From Eledone cirrhosa (taxonomy: Eukaryota): a stretch of DNA of 64,000 nt. Location of the stretch: assembly GCA_964016885.1 (NCBI GenBank), contig OZ024748.1:186001-250000 (forward strand). The letters are read 5' to 3'. Position numbers and translations under genes: made by a program. A model generated the notes under the pieces. The model was not told where the DNA came from and did no database searches. It saw nothing but the letters and a program-made list of their open reading frames with translations. Positions within the stretch are counted from its first letter, which is position 1, and every line of letters begins with the position of its first letter. Positions 22,664-36,462 of the stretch are shown piece by piece.

Positions 22664-24666
22664 CCACACTTGCTCCTTGTGGCTTCTGATGCAGACATCA
22701 TGTCCGCCATCAGGTCCTTCCCAGCTAGCAGCTGCGGAGATGTTGATGGTCTCTGACCAGGCCTCCTCAAGGAGTTGATATCTCCCCTCTCCGCTGAGGC
22801 CGGGCGCGGCCTTCTGAGTGCAATTGTGGCGCTCACCAATAGGCTCATCCATGGCGCCCTGGACTCTTATGCTCGAGGCCTCTTTTTTTCGGCCAGCCTC
22901 ACCGCTCGCAGGAAGAAAGAGGATGGCATACGCCCCATTGCTGTGGGCAATGTCTTCCGGAGGCTGGCTGCCAAGGTAATCTGCAAGTCCGTAACACTCG
23001 GAACCGGCATCCAGGGCCTCCAGCCACCTCATTGTCAAGTTTGACATGAGGAATGCCTTCAACTCTTTACGCTGGGATCATCTGCTCGAGGCCTGCCTCA
23101 GCCGAGCCCCCTCTGCCTACCTGTCATATGGAGCCCCAAGCATGCGCCATGCTGCTGATACGGTCATACCCTTGGCTACTGGGATCCAACAGGGCAACCC
23201 TTTGGGACCCCTCCTGTTCACCCTTGGTATTGACCACATCGCCTGGAGTATAACAGCCCCTCTCAACGTTTGGTATCTGGATGATGCTACTTTGGGTGGG
23301 CCCGTACAGGCGGTCTGCCATGACCTTCAATCGGTGGTTCCTGCCCTGGCGGGAATCGACCTCCAGGTCAACTCAGCCAAGTCGGAGGTGGTGAATGTCA
23401 GCCTCGATGCTGCAAGCTTTGCAGTCTCCGTCTTGGACGTGCGGTCCATTCTCCGCCAGGTTCAGGTGACCCCCAAAGAGGATGCCCTCACCGATCCACC
23501 CGCCGGCCATCCGCTCCTCCATCAAGTCCAGACTCTCACGAGCCGACTGGGCTTGATTGATGCCCACCCAGTTCTCTTTCTGCTGAGGAACTGCTACGCC
23601 ATGCCGAAGCTCCTCTATACACTCTGTGCTACACCTAAACTTGTATCCGAGCAGCAGCCGATGAGATATGCAACTTTACCTGTCAGGTATGGCGGCCTTC
23701 GCCTCCAGTCCCCGATCTCACTAGCTTTGCCGGCATATCTTTCGTCGGTAACCTCGTACCACGTCCTCCTCAGCAGGGTTCTTCAAAACACAACAGAACC
23801 CTCTGTGTTCAGAGAACGCGTCGCCGCCTGTGAGACGTGGGACCGGCTGGGACTTAGCCCAGTAGACGTTCCTCCTCCTTCTCCCCCTGTTGACGTCAAG
23901 TCCCCCCCAACACACTTGGGATGCCATCCAGTGCAGCCTGGCCTCAGACAGGCTCACGCGCCAGCTCGACCAGCACCGCCTTGTTTGTTTTCGTGCAGCC
24001 TCCAAACCCCACAGTGGGGCCTGGCTCCATGCCCTGCCCTCCTTCTCCACTCGCACGCAGCTAGACAACAATAGCTTGCGCATCGGCGTTTCCCTGAGGC
24101 TCGGCCTCTCACCAATGTCGCTGCCGTTCCACCATGGACTCTTTCGGCCTCCACCCGCTTTCCTGTCGCCACAGTGCCAGCCGCAATCCACGCCATGCTG
24201 CCCTCAACGAAGTCATTAAGCATGGCTTGGACGCTGCAGGCTTCCCTTCCCAGCTCGAGGGGACGGCAAAAGGCTAGATGGCATGACCATCTTCCCGTTC
24301 CGCGGTGGCAAACCCCTCGTCTGGGATGCCACTTGCACCGACACTTTCTGCAGCCGCAACCTGGTGCAGTCTGCGACTGGCCCAGGTTCTGCTGCACGTC
24401 AGGCTGAGGGGGCCAAACTCCTCACATATCGTTCACTCTCCGACAGGTTTGCGGTCGTACCCCTGGAAGTGGAGACTTCTGGTGTCCTCGGCCCCAGGGC
24501 TACCTCCTTACTCACCACCATAGGCGCTGAGCTGGCCAGCCGCAGGTGTGAGCCCCGCGAGTTGGAGTGGCTTTTCCAGCGCGTCTCCCTTGCCGTGTTC
24601 CGGGGAAACGCCTTCTCCATTCTGTCCGCCGGGGCTGTGGGTGGGTCCCATCGCGTACCGTTATGA
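22664..24666 (+). mobile_element. CRE-clade element copy (unit 3), least disrupted RT frame
   Basis: 342-aa ORF at 23046-24074; CCHC knuckle intact at 24116-24166. Confidence 0.88.
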
Positions 24667-26512
24667 ATGTATACAAAACAACTAAATCTCTTAAATAACT
24701 TCACTTATATCCAAAACATGATTTGTATATACATCAACAGTGACTCATTATTATACGCCAGTCACGACCCCACTGCAAAAACGATATCTATATAACAACC
24801 CCACCGTAAAACTACTCTTCCCCACTTTACAAACACTTTATATTATTTGTCATTAAGGTTTCTTAAAATAAATATATATACGTATGTGTAGTAATTAGTA
24901 CGGAGACTGAGAGAGAAGGGGCGAGTGTGTCTTCATGGAGGGCACATGGGACCAGCAAAGCCCTAAAAGTAGAGACCAGTAAATGAGATAAGGTCCTCGC
25001 TATGTTAAGAATATAAATAAGAAACATGTTCTATACATTTAAGAAGACAAGAGAAACATGTTCTAAACATTTAAGAAATAATTATTTACCTCTTTCATGT
25101 CGGTAATATAGCGGTGTTATAAAACTAATTATAACGACCGGTGTTAAAATAGAGAGAGATAGACAGATAAATGTGTGTCACACTCTCACCCTCTCTTTAA
25201 ATCTTTTACACTATCTAACTCGTACTTCTCACACTCTCTTTAAATCTTTTACTCTATCTACCTCTCATTTCTATCTGTGTATGTATGTATGTATCTGTCT
25301 ATGTGTAACTCGGTGTACTGGAGCAATATGAAGTGAAGTGTCTTGCTCAAGAAGACATTTTGTGGAGTTATATCATCGTTTCTTGTTATAAAGCTACTTA
25401 TACTACCGGCGTAACAGTGGCTATAGGTGATAGATGTAGAAATAAAAGGCTGTAACAGCGATATAAATATAGATGAAATAGTTTACCACGAGACTAAGAA
25501 TGAATGTTTAATGGAATTAAGTGTAATCTAATAGGAAATAAGAGGCTAGAGCAGCGAAATGTTTACGTAAAATAAAAGAACAACAAACAAGAGTGCAACA
25601 TTGAAATTTTTGTTTTTTTTTGTCGATATAAGCGTTATTTTATGCGCGATTTGCCTTGCTGCCGGCGCTGCTCAGTCAGTAGCAGCTCCGCTTACGAACT
25701 TCAGGAGCCAACGACTTTACATGGTTCGAATCTCACCCTCTCCGCTCTTGTCGAGTTATCTCCTACTCTTTTTACTTAGTTCCAGGTCATTAAAATAGAG
25801 CAAAGAGGGCGCGGCGATCGGCATATGCACTGGCTACAATGTTGAACTTTGGTACTGACTGCGTAGTTGAACGTTCCAGATACCAACCGCCCAACTGGCC
25901 AGTCAACCGCATATGCGGCTGGCTGGCCGGTTGGGTAGTTGGCATATGTACTGGCTACCATGCTGAACATTGTACTGACTGTCAAGTTGAACGTTCTAAC
26001 CCTCTCTTTACATCTATTACTCTATCTACCGCTTATTTCTCCCCCTCTCTTTACTTCTATAACTCTATCTCCCACTCTCTTTACATCTATTACAGTGTCT
26101 CCCTGTATATATACACGTATATATGCACTAGATTTTATAAGAAATCTACGTAATAATATAATTAACAATAGTTGATGAATTAGACCAGAGTTAATTAAAC
26201 AATAAATATGAATGAAATAGCAGTAGATGGCGAAACTTGAGTGTTGTGTGTGCATACATATATATGAGGTAAACTGGTTCAAATACTGTCAGGATTATAT
26301 TGGATCAAAGACTGTATTAAATAGAAAGTAAAAAGTGAAGTGAAAATATAAAAACAAACTGAAAATTTCCCCATCCCTAGAAAAATTCATATCTTGTTAT
26401 ATATAGATAATTGGCGCTTTAAATTGAATAAATATTCATTTATATATATATATATGTATATATATATGTACACTGATATATATGTGTGTATATATATATG
26501 TGTATATATATA

Positions 26513-26555
<43 letters not shown>

Positions 26556-27569
26556 ATATCAACTTCATCATACGTCCGCTTTTCCATGCTTGCAAGGGTG
26601 GGGTGGGAGCTGATTCTGGATTGGTTTCTACAGCTGGGTGCCCTTCCTGACGCCAACCCCGTTTGCAGTGAGTGCTGGGTGCTTTTTTTTTTCCGTGGCA
26701 CCTCCACGTCAGCTTTACAGTGTGGGCTGGGTGCTTTTTTGCCGCGGCGCCTCCACGACCACTTTGCGGTGGGGTGGTGGGGTGGTATGTGTATACCCAG
26801 CCCATTGTCATTTGCCACACAGAAAAGCTTATAGCATCGTTCTTTACCCACGATGAATCTAGCAGACCCACCCCTCCACCTGGTCTCTTGAATACAACAA
26901 ACATCGACCTCCTTACGTTCAAGCATTTCTACAACCTCGTTAGAGCCACCCTATAAGGTGCCTACATTAATGGTACCAACTCTGAAGTTTTGGATTGCGT
27001 TTGGAGGTTGGGAGCGGTGGGGAGCGGGGATGGGGTTAGGGTTAGCCATCCGCGGCCGAAACAAAGAGGAGGAGCCCTTGCATTCTCGTCCATGAGGTGG
27101 ATTTGTCTTTATGTATGTATATGTGTGTGTGTATGTATGTATATGTATATATGAGTGTATATGTGTATATGTATGTATATGTATGTGTATGTATGTGTAT
27201 ATATGTGTATATGTATGTGTTTGTATATATGTGTGTGTATGTATATGTGTGTGTATGTATATATATATATGTATGTATGTGTATATGTATGTATATGTAT
27301 GTATGTGTATATGTATATATGTGTGTATGTATGTATATATGTATGTATGTGTATATATGTATGTATGTATATGTATATATACGTGTGTATATGTATATAT
27401 ACTTATGTGTATATGCTTATGTATGTGTATGTATGTATATTTATATTATGTATATATATATATCTATGTATGTATATGTATGTATATGTGTATGTATGTG
27501 TATGTATGTATGTGTATATATGTATGTATGTATATATATATGTATATGTATGTGTATGTATATGTATAT

Positions 27570-27924
27570 GGAGGCACATGGCTTAGTGGTTCGAGCATTG
27601 GCCTGGCAATCGAAAGGTTGTGAGTTCAATTCTCAGACCGGGTGATGTGTTGTTTCCTTGAGCAAGACACTTTATTTCACATTGCTCCAGTTTACTCAGC
27701 TGTAGAAATGAGATGATAGGGACTGGGGTCCATATCATTCCACTGCAAAGTGGTCATGGAGGTGCCACGGCAAAAAAGCACTCAGCACTCACTGTAAATG
27801 AGGTTGGTGTTAGGAAGGGCATCCAGCTGTAGAAATCAAGCCAGAATCAGTTCCCGTCCCACCCTTGCAAGCAGGGAAAAAGCGGACTTAAAACGAAATG
27901 ATGATGATGATGATGATGATGATG
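27570..27924 (+). mobile_element. SINE copy (unit 4)
   Basis: Near identical to 11891-12245. Confidence 0.9.
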
Positions 27925-28565
27925 TATGTATGTATGTGTATATGTATGTATGTATGTATATGTATGTATGTGTATGAGATGCAGTTTGGTTTTGTGCCGC
28001 TGAAAAGTGCAACAGATGCCCTCTTCTTAGTGAGACAACTACAAAAGAGGTTCTTAGAGAAAAATAAGCCACTATACTTAGCTTTGGACATAGAGAAGGC
28101 TTTTGATAGAGAACTCTTATAAATGACAACATATATATATGTGTGTGTATATATATGTTTTTTTTAAAACTATATATTTATTACTCCCTTAAGCAGATGA
28201 AATATATTCCCAGATATCGAAGATTACCACAATAACTAGGGAGCGGAAATCAATAGATGCTGGACATTGCTGCTGAGGGTAGGATGACCTGATGAGCTGG
28301 CTCCTGTGGTGGATACCTAAACATAGTAAGACCCAAGTGGGATGACTGAGGTTCACCTACATACATCAGATGTCTCTGGATCTCCAGCTGGAGATTAATG
28401 ATCTCAGGAATGCCATGAAAAATCGTGACATCTAAAAAAGAAGAGTAGAATTGTTCTGGCCAATCCACCTGACCTAATAAACAATAATAATATTAATATA
28501 TATTGATGAAAATTAATTATGGTGAAATATCTTAGAAATCATTCTCAGAGGTTTTGTATTGTAAT

Positions 28566-30568
28566 CCACACTTGCTCCTTGTGGCTTCTGATGCAGACAT
28601 CATGTCCGCCATCAGGTCCTTCCCAGCTAGCAGCTGCGGTGATGTTGATGGTCTCTGACCAGGCCTCCTCAAGGAGTTGATATCTCCCCTCTCCGCTGAG
28701 GCCGGGCGCCGCCTTCTGAGTGCAATTGTGGCGCTCACCAATAGGCTCATCCATGGCGCCCTGGACTCTTATGCTCGAGGCCTCTTTTTTTCAGCCAGCT
28801 TCACCGCTCTCAGGAAGAAAGAGGGTGGCATACGCCCCATTGCTGTGGGCAATGTCTTCCGGAGGCTGGCTGCCAAGGTAACCTGCAAGTCCGTAACACT
28901 CGGAACCGGCATCCAGGGACTCCAGCCACCTCATTGTCAAGTTTGACATGAGGAATGCCTTCAACTCTTTACGCTGGGATCATCTGCTCGAGGCCTGCCT
29001 CAGCCGAGCCCCCTCTGCCTAGCTGTCATATGGAGCCCCGAGCATGCGACATGCTGCTGATGCGGTCATACCCTTGGCTACTGGGATCCAACAGGGCAAC
29101 CCTTTGGGACCCCTCCTGTTCACCCTTGGTATTGACCACATCGCCCGGAGTATAACGGCCCCTCTCAACGTTTGGTATCTGGATGATGCTACTTTGGGTG
29201 GGCCCGTACAGGCGGTCTGCCATGACCTTCAATCGGTGGTTCCTGCCCTGGCGGGAATCGACCTCCAGGTCAACTCAGCCAAGTCGGAGGTGGTGAATGT
29301 CAGCCTCGATGCTGCAAGCTTTGCAGTCTCCGTCTTGGACGTGCGGTCCATTCTCCGCCAGGTTCAGGTGACCCCCAAAGAGGATGCCCTCACCGATCCA
29401 CCCGCCGGCCATCCGCTCCTCCATCAAGTCCAGACTCTCACGAGCCGACTGGGCTTGATTGATGCCCACCCAGTTCTCTTTCTGCTGAGGAACTGCTACG
29501 CCATGCCGAAGCTCCTCTATACACTCTGTGCTACACCTAAACTTGTATCCGAGCAGCAGCCGATGAGATATGCAACTTTACCTGTCAGGTATGGCGGCCT
29601 TCGCCTCCAGTCCCCGATCTCACTAGCTTTGCCGGCATATCTTTCGTCGGTAACCTCGTACCACGTCCTCCTCAGCAGGGTTCTTCAAAACACAACAGAA
29701 CCCTCTGTGTTCAGAGAACGCGTCGCCGCCTGTGAGACGTGGGACCGGCTGGGACTTAGCCCAGTAGACGTTCCTCCTCCTTCTCCCCCTGTTGACGTCA
29801 AGTCCCCCCCAACACACTTGGGATGCCATCCAGTGCAGCCTGGCCTCAGACAGGCTCACGCGCCAGCTCGACCAGCACCGCCTTGTTTGTTTTCGTGCAG
29901 CCTCCAAACCCCACAGTGGGGCCTGGCTCCATGCCCTGCCCTCCTTCTCCACTCGCACGCAGCTAGACAACAATAGCTTGCGCATCGGCGTTTCCCTGAG
30001 GCTCGGCCTCTCACCAATGTCGCTGCCGTTCCACCATGGACTCTTTCGGCCTCCACCCGCTTTCCTGTCGCCACAGTGCCAGCCGCAATCCACGCCATGC
30101 TGCCCTCAACGAAGTCATTAAGCATGGCTTGGACGCTGCAGGCTTCCCTTCCCAGCTCGAGGGGACGGCAAAAGGCTAGATGGCATGACCATCTTCCCGT
30201 TCCGCGGTGGCAAACCCCTCGTCTGGGATGCCACTTGCACCGACACTTTCTGCAGCCGCAACCTGGTGCAGTCTGCGACTGGCCCAGGTTCTGCTGCACG
30301 TCAGGCTGAGGGGGCCAAACTCCTCACATATCGTTCACTCTCCGACAGGTTTGCGGTCGTACCCCTGGAAGTGGAGACTTCTGGTGTCCTCGGCCCCAGG
30401 GCTACCTCCTTACTCACCACCATAGGCGCTGAGCTGGCCAGCCGCAGGTGTGAGCCCCGCGAGTTGGAGTGGCTTTTCCAGCGCGTCTCCCTTGCCGTGT
30501 TCCGGGGAAACGCCTTCTCCATTCTGTCCGCCGGGGCTGTGGGTGGGTCCCATCGCGTACCGTTATGA
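28566..30568 (+). mobile_element. CRE-clade element copy (unit 4)
   Basis: Same motifs; TAC>TAG stop near 29020; knuckle intact. Confidence 0.88.
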
Positions 30569-32414
30569 ATGTATACAAAACAACTAAATCTCTTAAATAA
30601 CTTCACTTATATCCAAAACATGATTTGTATATACATCAACAGTGACTCATTATTATACGCCAGTCACGACCCCACTGCAAAAACGATATCTATATAACAA
30701 CCCCACCGTAAAACTACTCTTCCCCACTTTACAAACACTTTATATTATTTGTCATTAAGGTTTCTTAAAATAAATATATATACGTATGTGTAGTAATTAG
30801 TACGGAGACTGAGAGAGAAGGGGCGAGTGTGTCTTCATGGAGGGCACATGGGACCAGCAAAGCCCTAAAAGTAGAGACCAGTAAATGAGATAAGGTCCTC
30901 GCTATGTTAAGAATATAAATAAGAAACATGTTCTATACATTTAAGAAGACAAGAGAAACATGTTCTAAACATTTAAGAAATAATTATTTACCTCTTTCAT
31001 GTCGGTAATATAGCGGTGTTATAAAACTAATTATAACGACCGGTGTTAAAATAGAGAGAGATAGACAGATAAATGTGTGTCACACTCTCACCCTCTCTTT
31101 AAATCTTTTACACTATCTAACTCGTACTTCTCACACTCTCTTTAAATCTTTTACTCTATCTACCTCTCATTTCTATCTGTGTATGTATGTATGTATCTGT
31201 CTATGTGTAACTCGGTGTACTGGAGCAATATGAAGTGAAGTGTCTTGCTCAAGAAGACATTTTGTGGAGTTATATCATCGTTTCTTGTTATAAAGCTACT
31301 TATACTACCGGCGTAACAGTGGCTATAGGTGATAGATGTAGAAATAAAAGGCTGTAACAGCGATATAAATATAGATGAAATAGTTTACCACGAGACTAAG
31401 AATGAATGTTTAATGGAATTAAGTGTAATCTAATAGGAAATAAGAGGCTAGAGCAGCGAAATGTTTACGTAAAATAAAAGAACAACAAACAAGAGTGCAA
31501 CATTGAAATTTTTGTTTTTTTTTGTCGATATAAGCGTTATTTTATGCGCGATTTGCCTTGCTGCCGGCGCTGCTCAGTCAGTAGCAGCTCCGCTTACGAA
31601 CTTCAGGAGCCAACGACTTTACATGGTTCGAATCTCACCCTCTCCGCTCTTGTCGAGTTATCTCCTACTCTTTTTACTTAGTTCCAGGTCATTAAAATAG
31701 AGCAAAGAGGGCGCGGCGATCGGCATATGCACTGGCTACAATGTTGAACTTTGGTACTGACTGCGTAGTTGAACGTTCCAGATACCAACCGCCCAACTGG
31801 CCAGTCAACCGCATATGCGGCTGGCTGGCCGGTTGGGTAGTTGGCATATGTACTGGCTACCATGCTGAACATTGTACTGACTGTCAAGTTGAACGTTCTA
31901 ACCCTCTCTTTACATCTATTACTCTATCTACCGCTTATTTCTCCCCCTCTCTTTACTTCTATAACTCTATCTCCCACTCTCTTTACATCTATTACAGTGT
32001 CTCCCTGTATATATACACGTATATATGCACTAGATTTTATAAGAAATCTACGTAATAATATAATTAACAATAGTTGATGAATTAGACCAGAGTTAATTAA
32101 ACAATAAATATGAATGAAATAGCAGTAGATGGCGAAACTTGAGTGTTGTGTGTGCATACATATATATGAGGTAAACTGGTTCAAATACTGTCAGGATTAT
32201 ATTGGATCAAAGACTGTATTAAATAGAAAGTAAAAAGTGAAGTGAAAATATAAAAACAAACTGAAAATTTCCCCATCCCTAGAAAAATTCATATCTTGTT
32301 ATATATAGATAATTGGCGCTTTAAATTGAATAAATATTCATTTATATATATATATATGTATATATATATGTACACTGATATATATGTGTGTATATATATA
32401 TGTGTATATATATA

Positions 32415-32461
<47 letters not shown>

Positions 32462-33463
32462 ATATCAACTTCATCATACGTCCGCTTTTCCATGCTTGCA
32501 AGGGTGGGGTGGGAGCTGATTCTGGATTGGTTTCTACAGCTGGGTGCCCTTCCTGACGCCAACCCCGTTTGCAGTGAGTGCTGGGTGCTTTTTTTTTTCC
32601 GTGGCACCTCCACGTCAGCTTTACAGTGTGGGCTGGGTGCTTTTTTGCCGCGGCGCCTCCACGACCACTTTGCGGTGGGGTGGTGGGGTGGTATGTGTAT
32701 ACCCAGCCCATTGTCATTTGCCACACAGAAAAGCTTATAGCATCGTTCTTTACCCACGATGAATCTAGCAGACCCACCCCTCCACCTGGTCTCTTGAATA
32801 CAACAAACATCGACCTCCTTACGTTCAAGCATTTCTACAACCTCGTTAGAGCCACCCTATAAGGTGCCTACATTAATGGTACCAACTCTGAAGTTTTGGA
32901 TTGCGTTTGGAGGTTGGGAGCGGTGGGGAGCGGGGATGGGGTTAGGGTTAGCCATCCGCGGCCGAAACAAAGAGGAGGAGCCCTTGCATTCTCGTCCATG
33001 AGGTGGATTTGTCTTTATGTATGTATATGTATATATGTATGTATGTGTGTGTATGTATGTATATGTATATATGAGTGTATATGTGTATATGTATGTATAT
33101 GTATGTGTATGTATGTGTATATATGTGTATATGTATGTGTTTGTATATATGTGTGTGTATGTATATGTGTGTGTATGTATATATATATATGTATGTATGT
33201 GTATATGTATATATGTGTGTATGTATGTATATATGTATGTATGTGTATATATGTATGTATGTATATGTATATATACGTGTGTATATGTATATATACTTAT
33301 GTGTATATGCTTATGTATGTGTATGTATGTATATTTATATTATGTATATATATATATCTATGTATGTATATGTATGTATATGTGTATGTATGTGTATGTA
33401 TGTATGTGTATATATGTATGTATGTATATATATATGTATATGTATGTGTATGTATATGTATAT

Positions 33464-33818
33464 GGAGGCACATGGCTTAGTGGTTCGAGCATTGGCCTGG
33501 CAATCGAAAGGTTGTGAGTTCAATTCTCAGACCGGGTGATGTGTTGTTTCCTTGAGCAAGACACTTTATTTCACATTGCTCCAGTTTACTCAGCTGTAGA
33601 AATGAGATGATAGGGACTGGGGTCCATATCATTCCACTGCAAAGTGGTCATGGAGGTGCCACGGCAAAAAAGCACTCAGCACTCACTGTAAATGAGGTTG
33701 GTGTTAGGAAGGGCATCCAGCTGTAGAAATCAAGCCAGAATCAGTTCCCGTCCCACCCTTGCAAGCAGGGAAAAAGCGGACTTAAAACGAAATGATGATG
33801 ATGATGATGATGATGATG
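33464..33818 (+). mobile_element. SINE copy (unit 5)
   Basis: Near identical to 11891-12245. Confidence 0.9.
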
Positions 33819-34459
33819 TATGTATGTATGTGTATATGTATGTATGTATGTATATGTATGTATGTGTATGAGATGCAGTTTGGTTTTGTGCCGCTGAAAA
33901 GTGCAACAGATGCCCTCTTCTTAGTGAGACAACTACAAAAGAGGTTCTTAGAGAAAAATAAGCCACTATACTTAGCTTTGGACATAGAGAAGGCTTTTGA
34001 TAGAGAACTCTTATAAATGACAACATATATATATGTGTGTGTATATATATGTTTTTTTTAAAACTATATATTTATTACTCCCTTAAGCAGAAGAAATATA
34101 TTCCCAGATATCGAAGATTACCACAATAACTAGGGAGCGGAAATCAATAGATGCTGGACATTGCTGCTGAGGGTAGGATGACCTGATGAGCTGGCTCCTG
34201 TGGTGGATACCTAAACATAGTAAGACCCAAGTGGGATGACTGAGGTTCACCTACATACATCAGATGTCTCTGGATCTCCAGCTGGAGATTAATGATCTCA
34301 GGAATGCCATGAAAAATCGTGACATCTAAAAAAGAAGAGTAGAATTGTTCTGGCCAATCCACCTGACCTAATAAACAATAATAATATTAATATATATTGA
34401 TGAAAATTAATTATGGTGAAATATCTTAGAAATCATTCTCAGAGGTTTTGTATTGTAAT

Positions 34460-36462
34460 CCACACTTGCTCCTTGTGGCTTCTGATGCAGACATCATGTC
34501 CGCCATCAGGTCCTTCCCAGCTAGCAGCTGCGGTGATGTTGATGGTCTCTGACCAGGCCTCCTCAAGGAGTTGATATCTCCCCTCTCCGCTGAGGCCGGG
34601 CGCCGCCTTCTGAGTGCAATTGTGGCGCTCACCAATAGGCTCATCCATGGCGCCCTGGACTCTTATGCTCGAGGCCTCTTTTTTTCAGCCAGCTTCACCG
34701 CTCTCAGGAAGAAAGAGGGTGGCATACGCCCCATTGCTGTGGGCAATGTCTTCCGGAGGCTGGCTGCCAAGGTAACCTGCAAGTCCGTAACACTCGGAAC
34801 CGGCATCCAGGGACTCCAGCCACCTCATTGTCAAGTTTGACATGAGGAATGCCTTCAACTCTTTACGCTGGGATCATCTGCTCGAGGCCTGCCTCAGCCG
34901 AGCCCCCTCTGCCTAGCTGTCATATGGAGCCCCGAGCATGCGACATGCTGCTGATGCGGTCATACCCTTGGCTACTGGGATCCAACAGGGCAACCCTTTG
35001 GGACCCCTCCTGTTCACCCTTGGTATTGACCACATCGCCCGGAGTATAACGGCCCCTCTCAACGTTTGGTATCTGGATGATGCTACTTTGGGTGGGCCCG
35101 TACAGGCGGTCTGCCATGACCTTCAATCGGTGGTTCCTGCCCTGGCGGGAATCGACCTCCAGGTCAACTCAGCCAAGTCGGAGGTGGTGAATGTCAGCCT
35201 CGATGCTGCAAGCTTTGCAGTCTCCGTCTTGGACGTGCGGTCCATTCTCCGCCAGGTTCAGGTGACCCCCAAAGAGGATGCCCTCACCGATCCACCCGCT
35301 GGCCATCCGCTCCTCCATCAAGTCCAGACTCTCACGAGCCGACTGGGCTTGATTGATGGCCACCCAGTTCTCTTTCTGCTGAGGAACTGCTACGCCATGC
35401 CGAAGCTCCTCTATACACTCTGTGCTACACCTAAACTTGTATCCGAGCAGCAGCCGATGAGATATGCAACTTTACCTGTCAGGTATGGCGGCCTTCGCCT
35501 CCAGTCCCCGATCTCACTAGCTTTGCCGGCATATCTTTCGTCGGTAACCTCGTACCACGTCCTCCTCAGCAGGGTTCTTCAAAACACAACAGAACCCTCT
35601 GTGTTCAGAGAACGCGTCGCCGCCTGTGAGACGTGGGACCGGCTGGGACTTAGCCCAGTAGACGTTCCTCCTCCTTCTCCCCCTGTTGACATCAAGTCCC
35701 CCCCAACACACTTGGGATGCCATCCAGTGCAGCCTGGCCTCAGACAGGCTCACGCGCCAGCTCGACCAGCACCGCCTTGTTTGTTTTCGTGCAGCCTCCA
35801 AACCCCACAGTGGGGCCTGGCTCCATGCCCTGCCCTCCTTCTCCACTCGCACGCAGCTAGACAACAATAGCTTGCGCATCGGCGTTTCCCTGAGGCTCGG
35901 CCTCTCACCAATGTCGCTGCCGTTCCACCATGGACTCTTTCGGCCTCCACCCGCTTTCCTGTCGCCACAGTGCCAGCCGCAATCCACGCCATGCTGCCCT
36001 CAACGAAGTCATTAAGCATGGCTTGGACGCTGCAGGCTTCCCTTCCCAGCTCGAGGGGACGGCAAAAGGCTAGATGGCATGACCATCTTCCCGTTCCGCG
36101 GTGGCAAACCCCTCGTCTGGGATGCCACTTGCACCGACACTTTCTGCAGCCGCAACCTGGTGCAGTCTGCGACTGGCCCAGGTTCTGCTGCACGTCAGGC
36201 TGAGGGGGCCAAACTCCTCACATATCGTTCACTCTCCGACAGGTTTGCGGTCGTACCCCTGGAAGTGGAGACTTCTGGTGTCCTCGGCCCCAGGGCTACC
36301 TCCTTACTCACCACCATAGGCGCTGAGCTGGCCAGCCGCAGGTGTGAGCCCCGCGAGTTGGAGTGGCTTTTCCAGCGCGTCTCCCTTGCCGTGTTCCGGG
36401 GAAACGCCTTCTCCATTCTGTCCGCCGGGGCTGTGGGTGGGTCCCATCGCGTACCGTTATGA
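34460..36462 (+). mobile_element. CRE-clade element copy (unit 5)
   Basis: As unit 4. Confidence 0.88.

Larger units (their letters stand above)
15685..25499 (+). repeat. Array unit 3, L type (9815 bp)
   Basis: Anchor-to-anchor distance; RTE RT ORF at 19029-20285. Confidence 0.95.
25500..31401 (+). repeat. Array unit 4, S type (5902 bp)
   Basis: Anchor-to-anchor distance; SINE at 27570. Confidence 0.95.
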
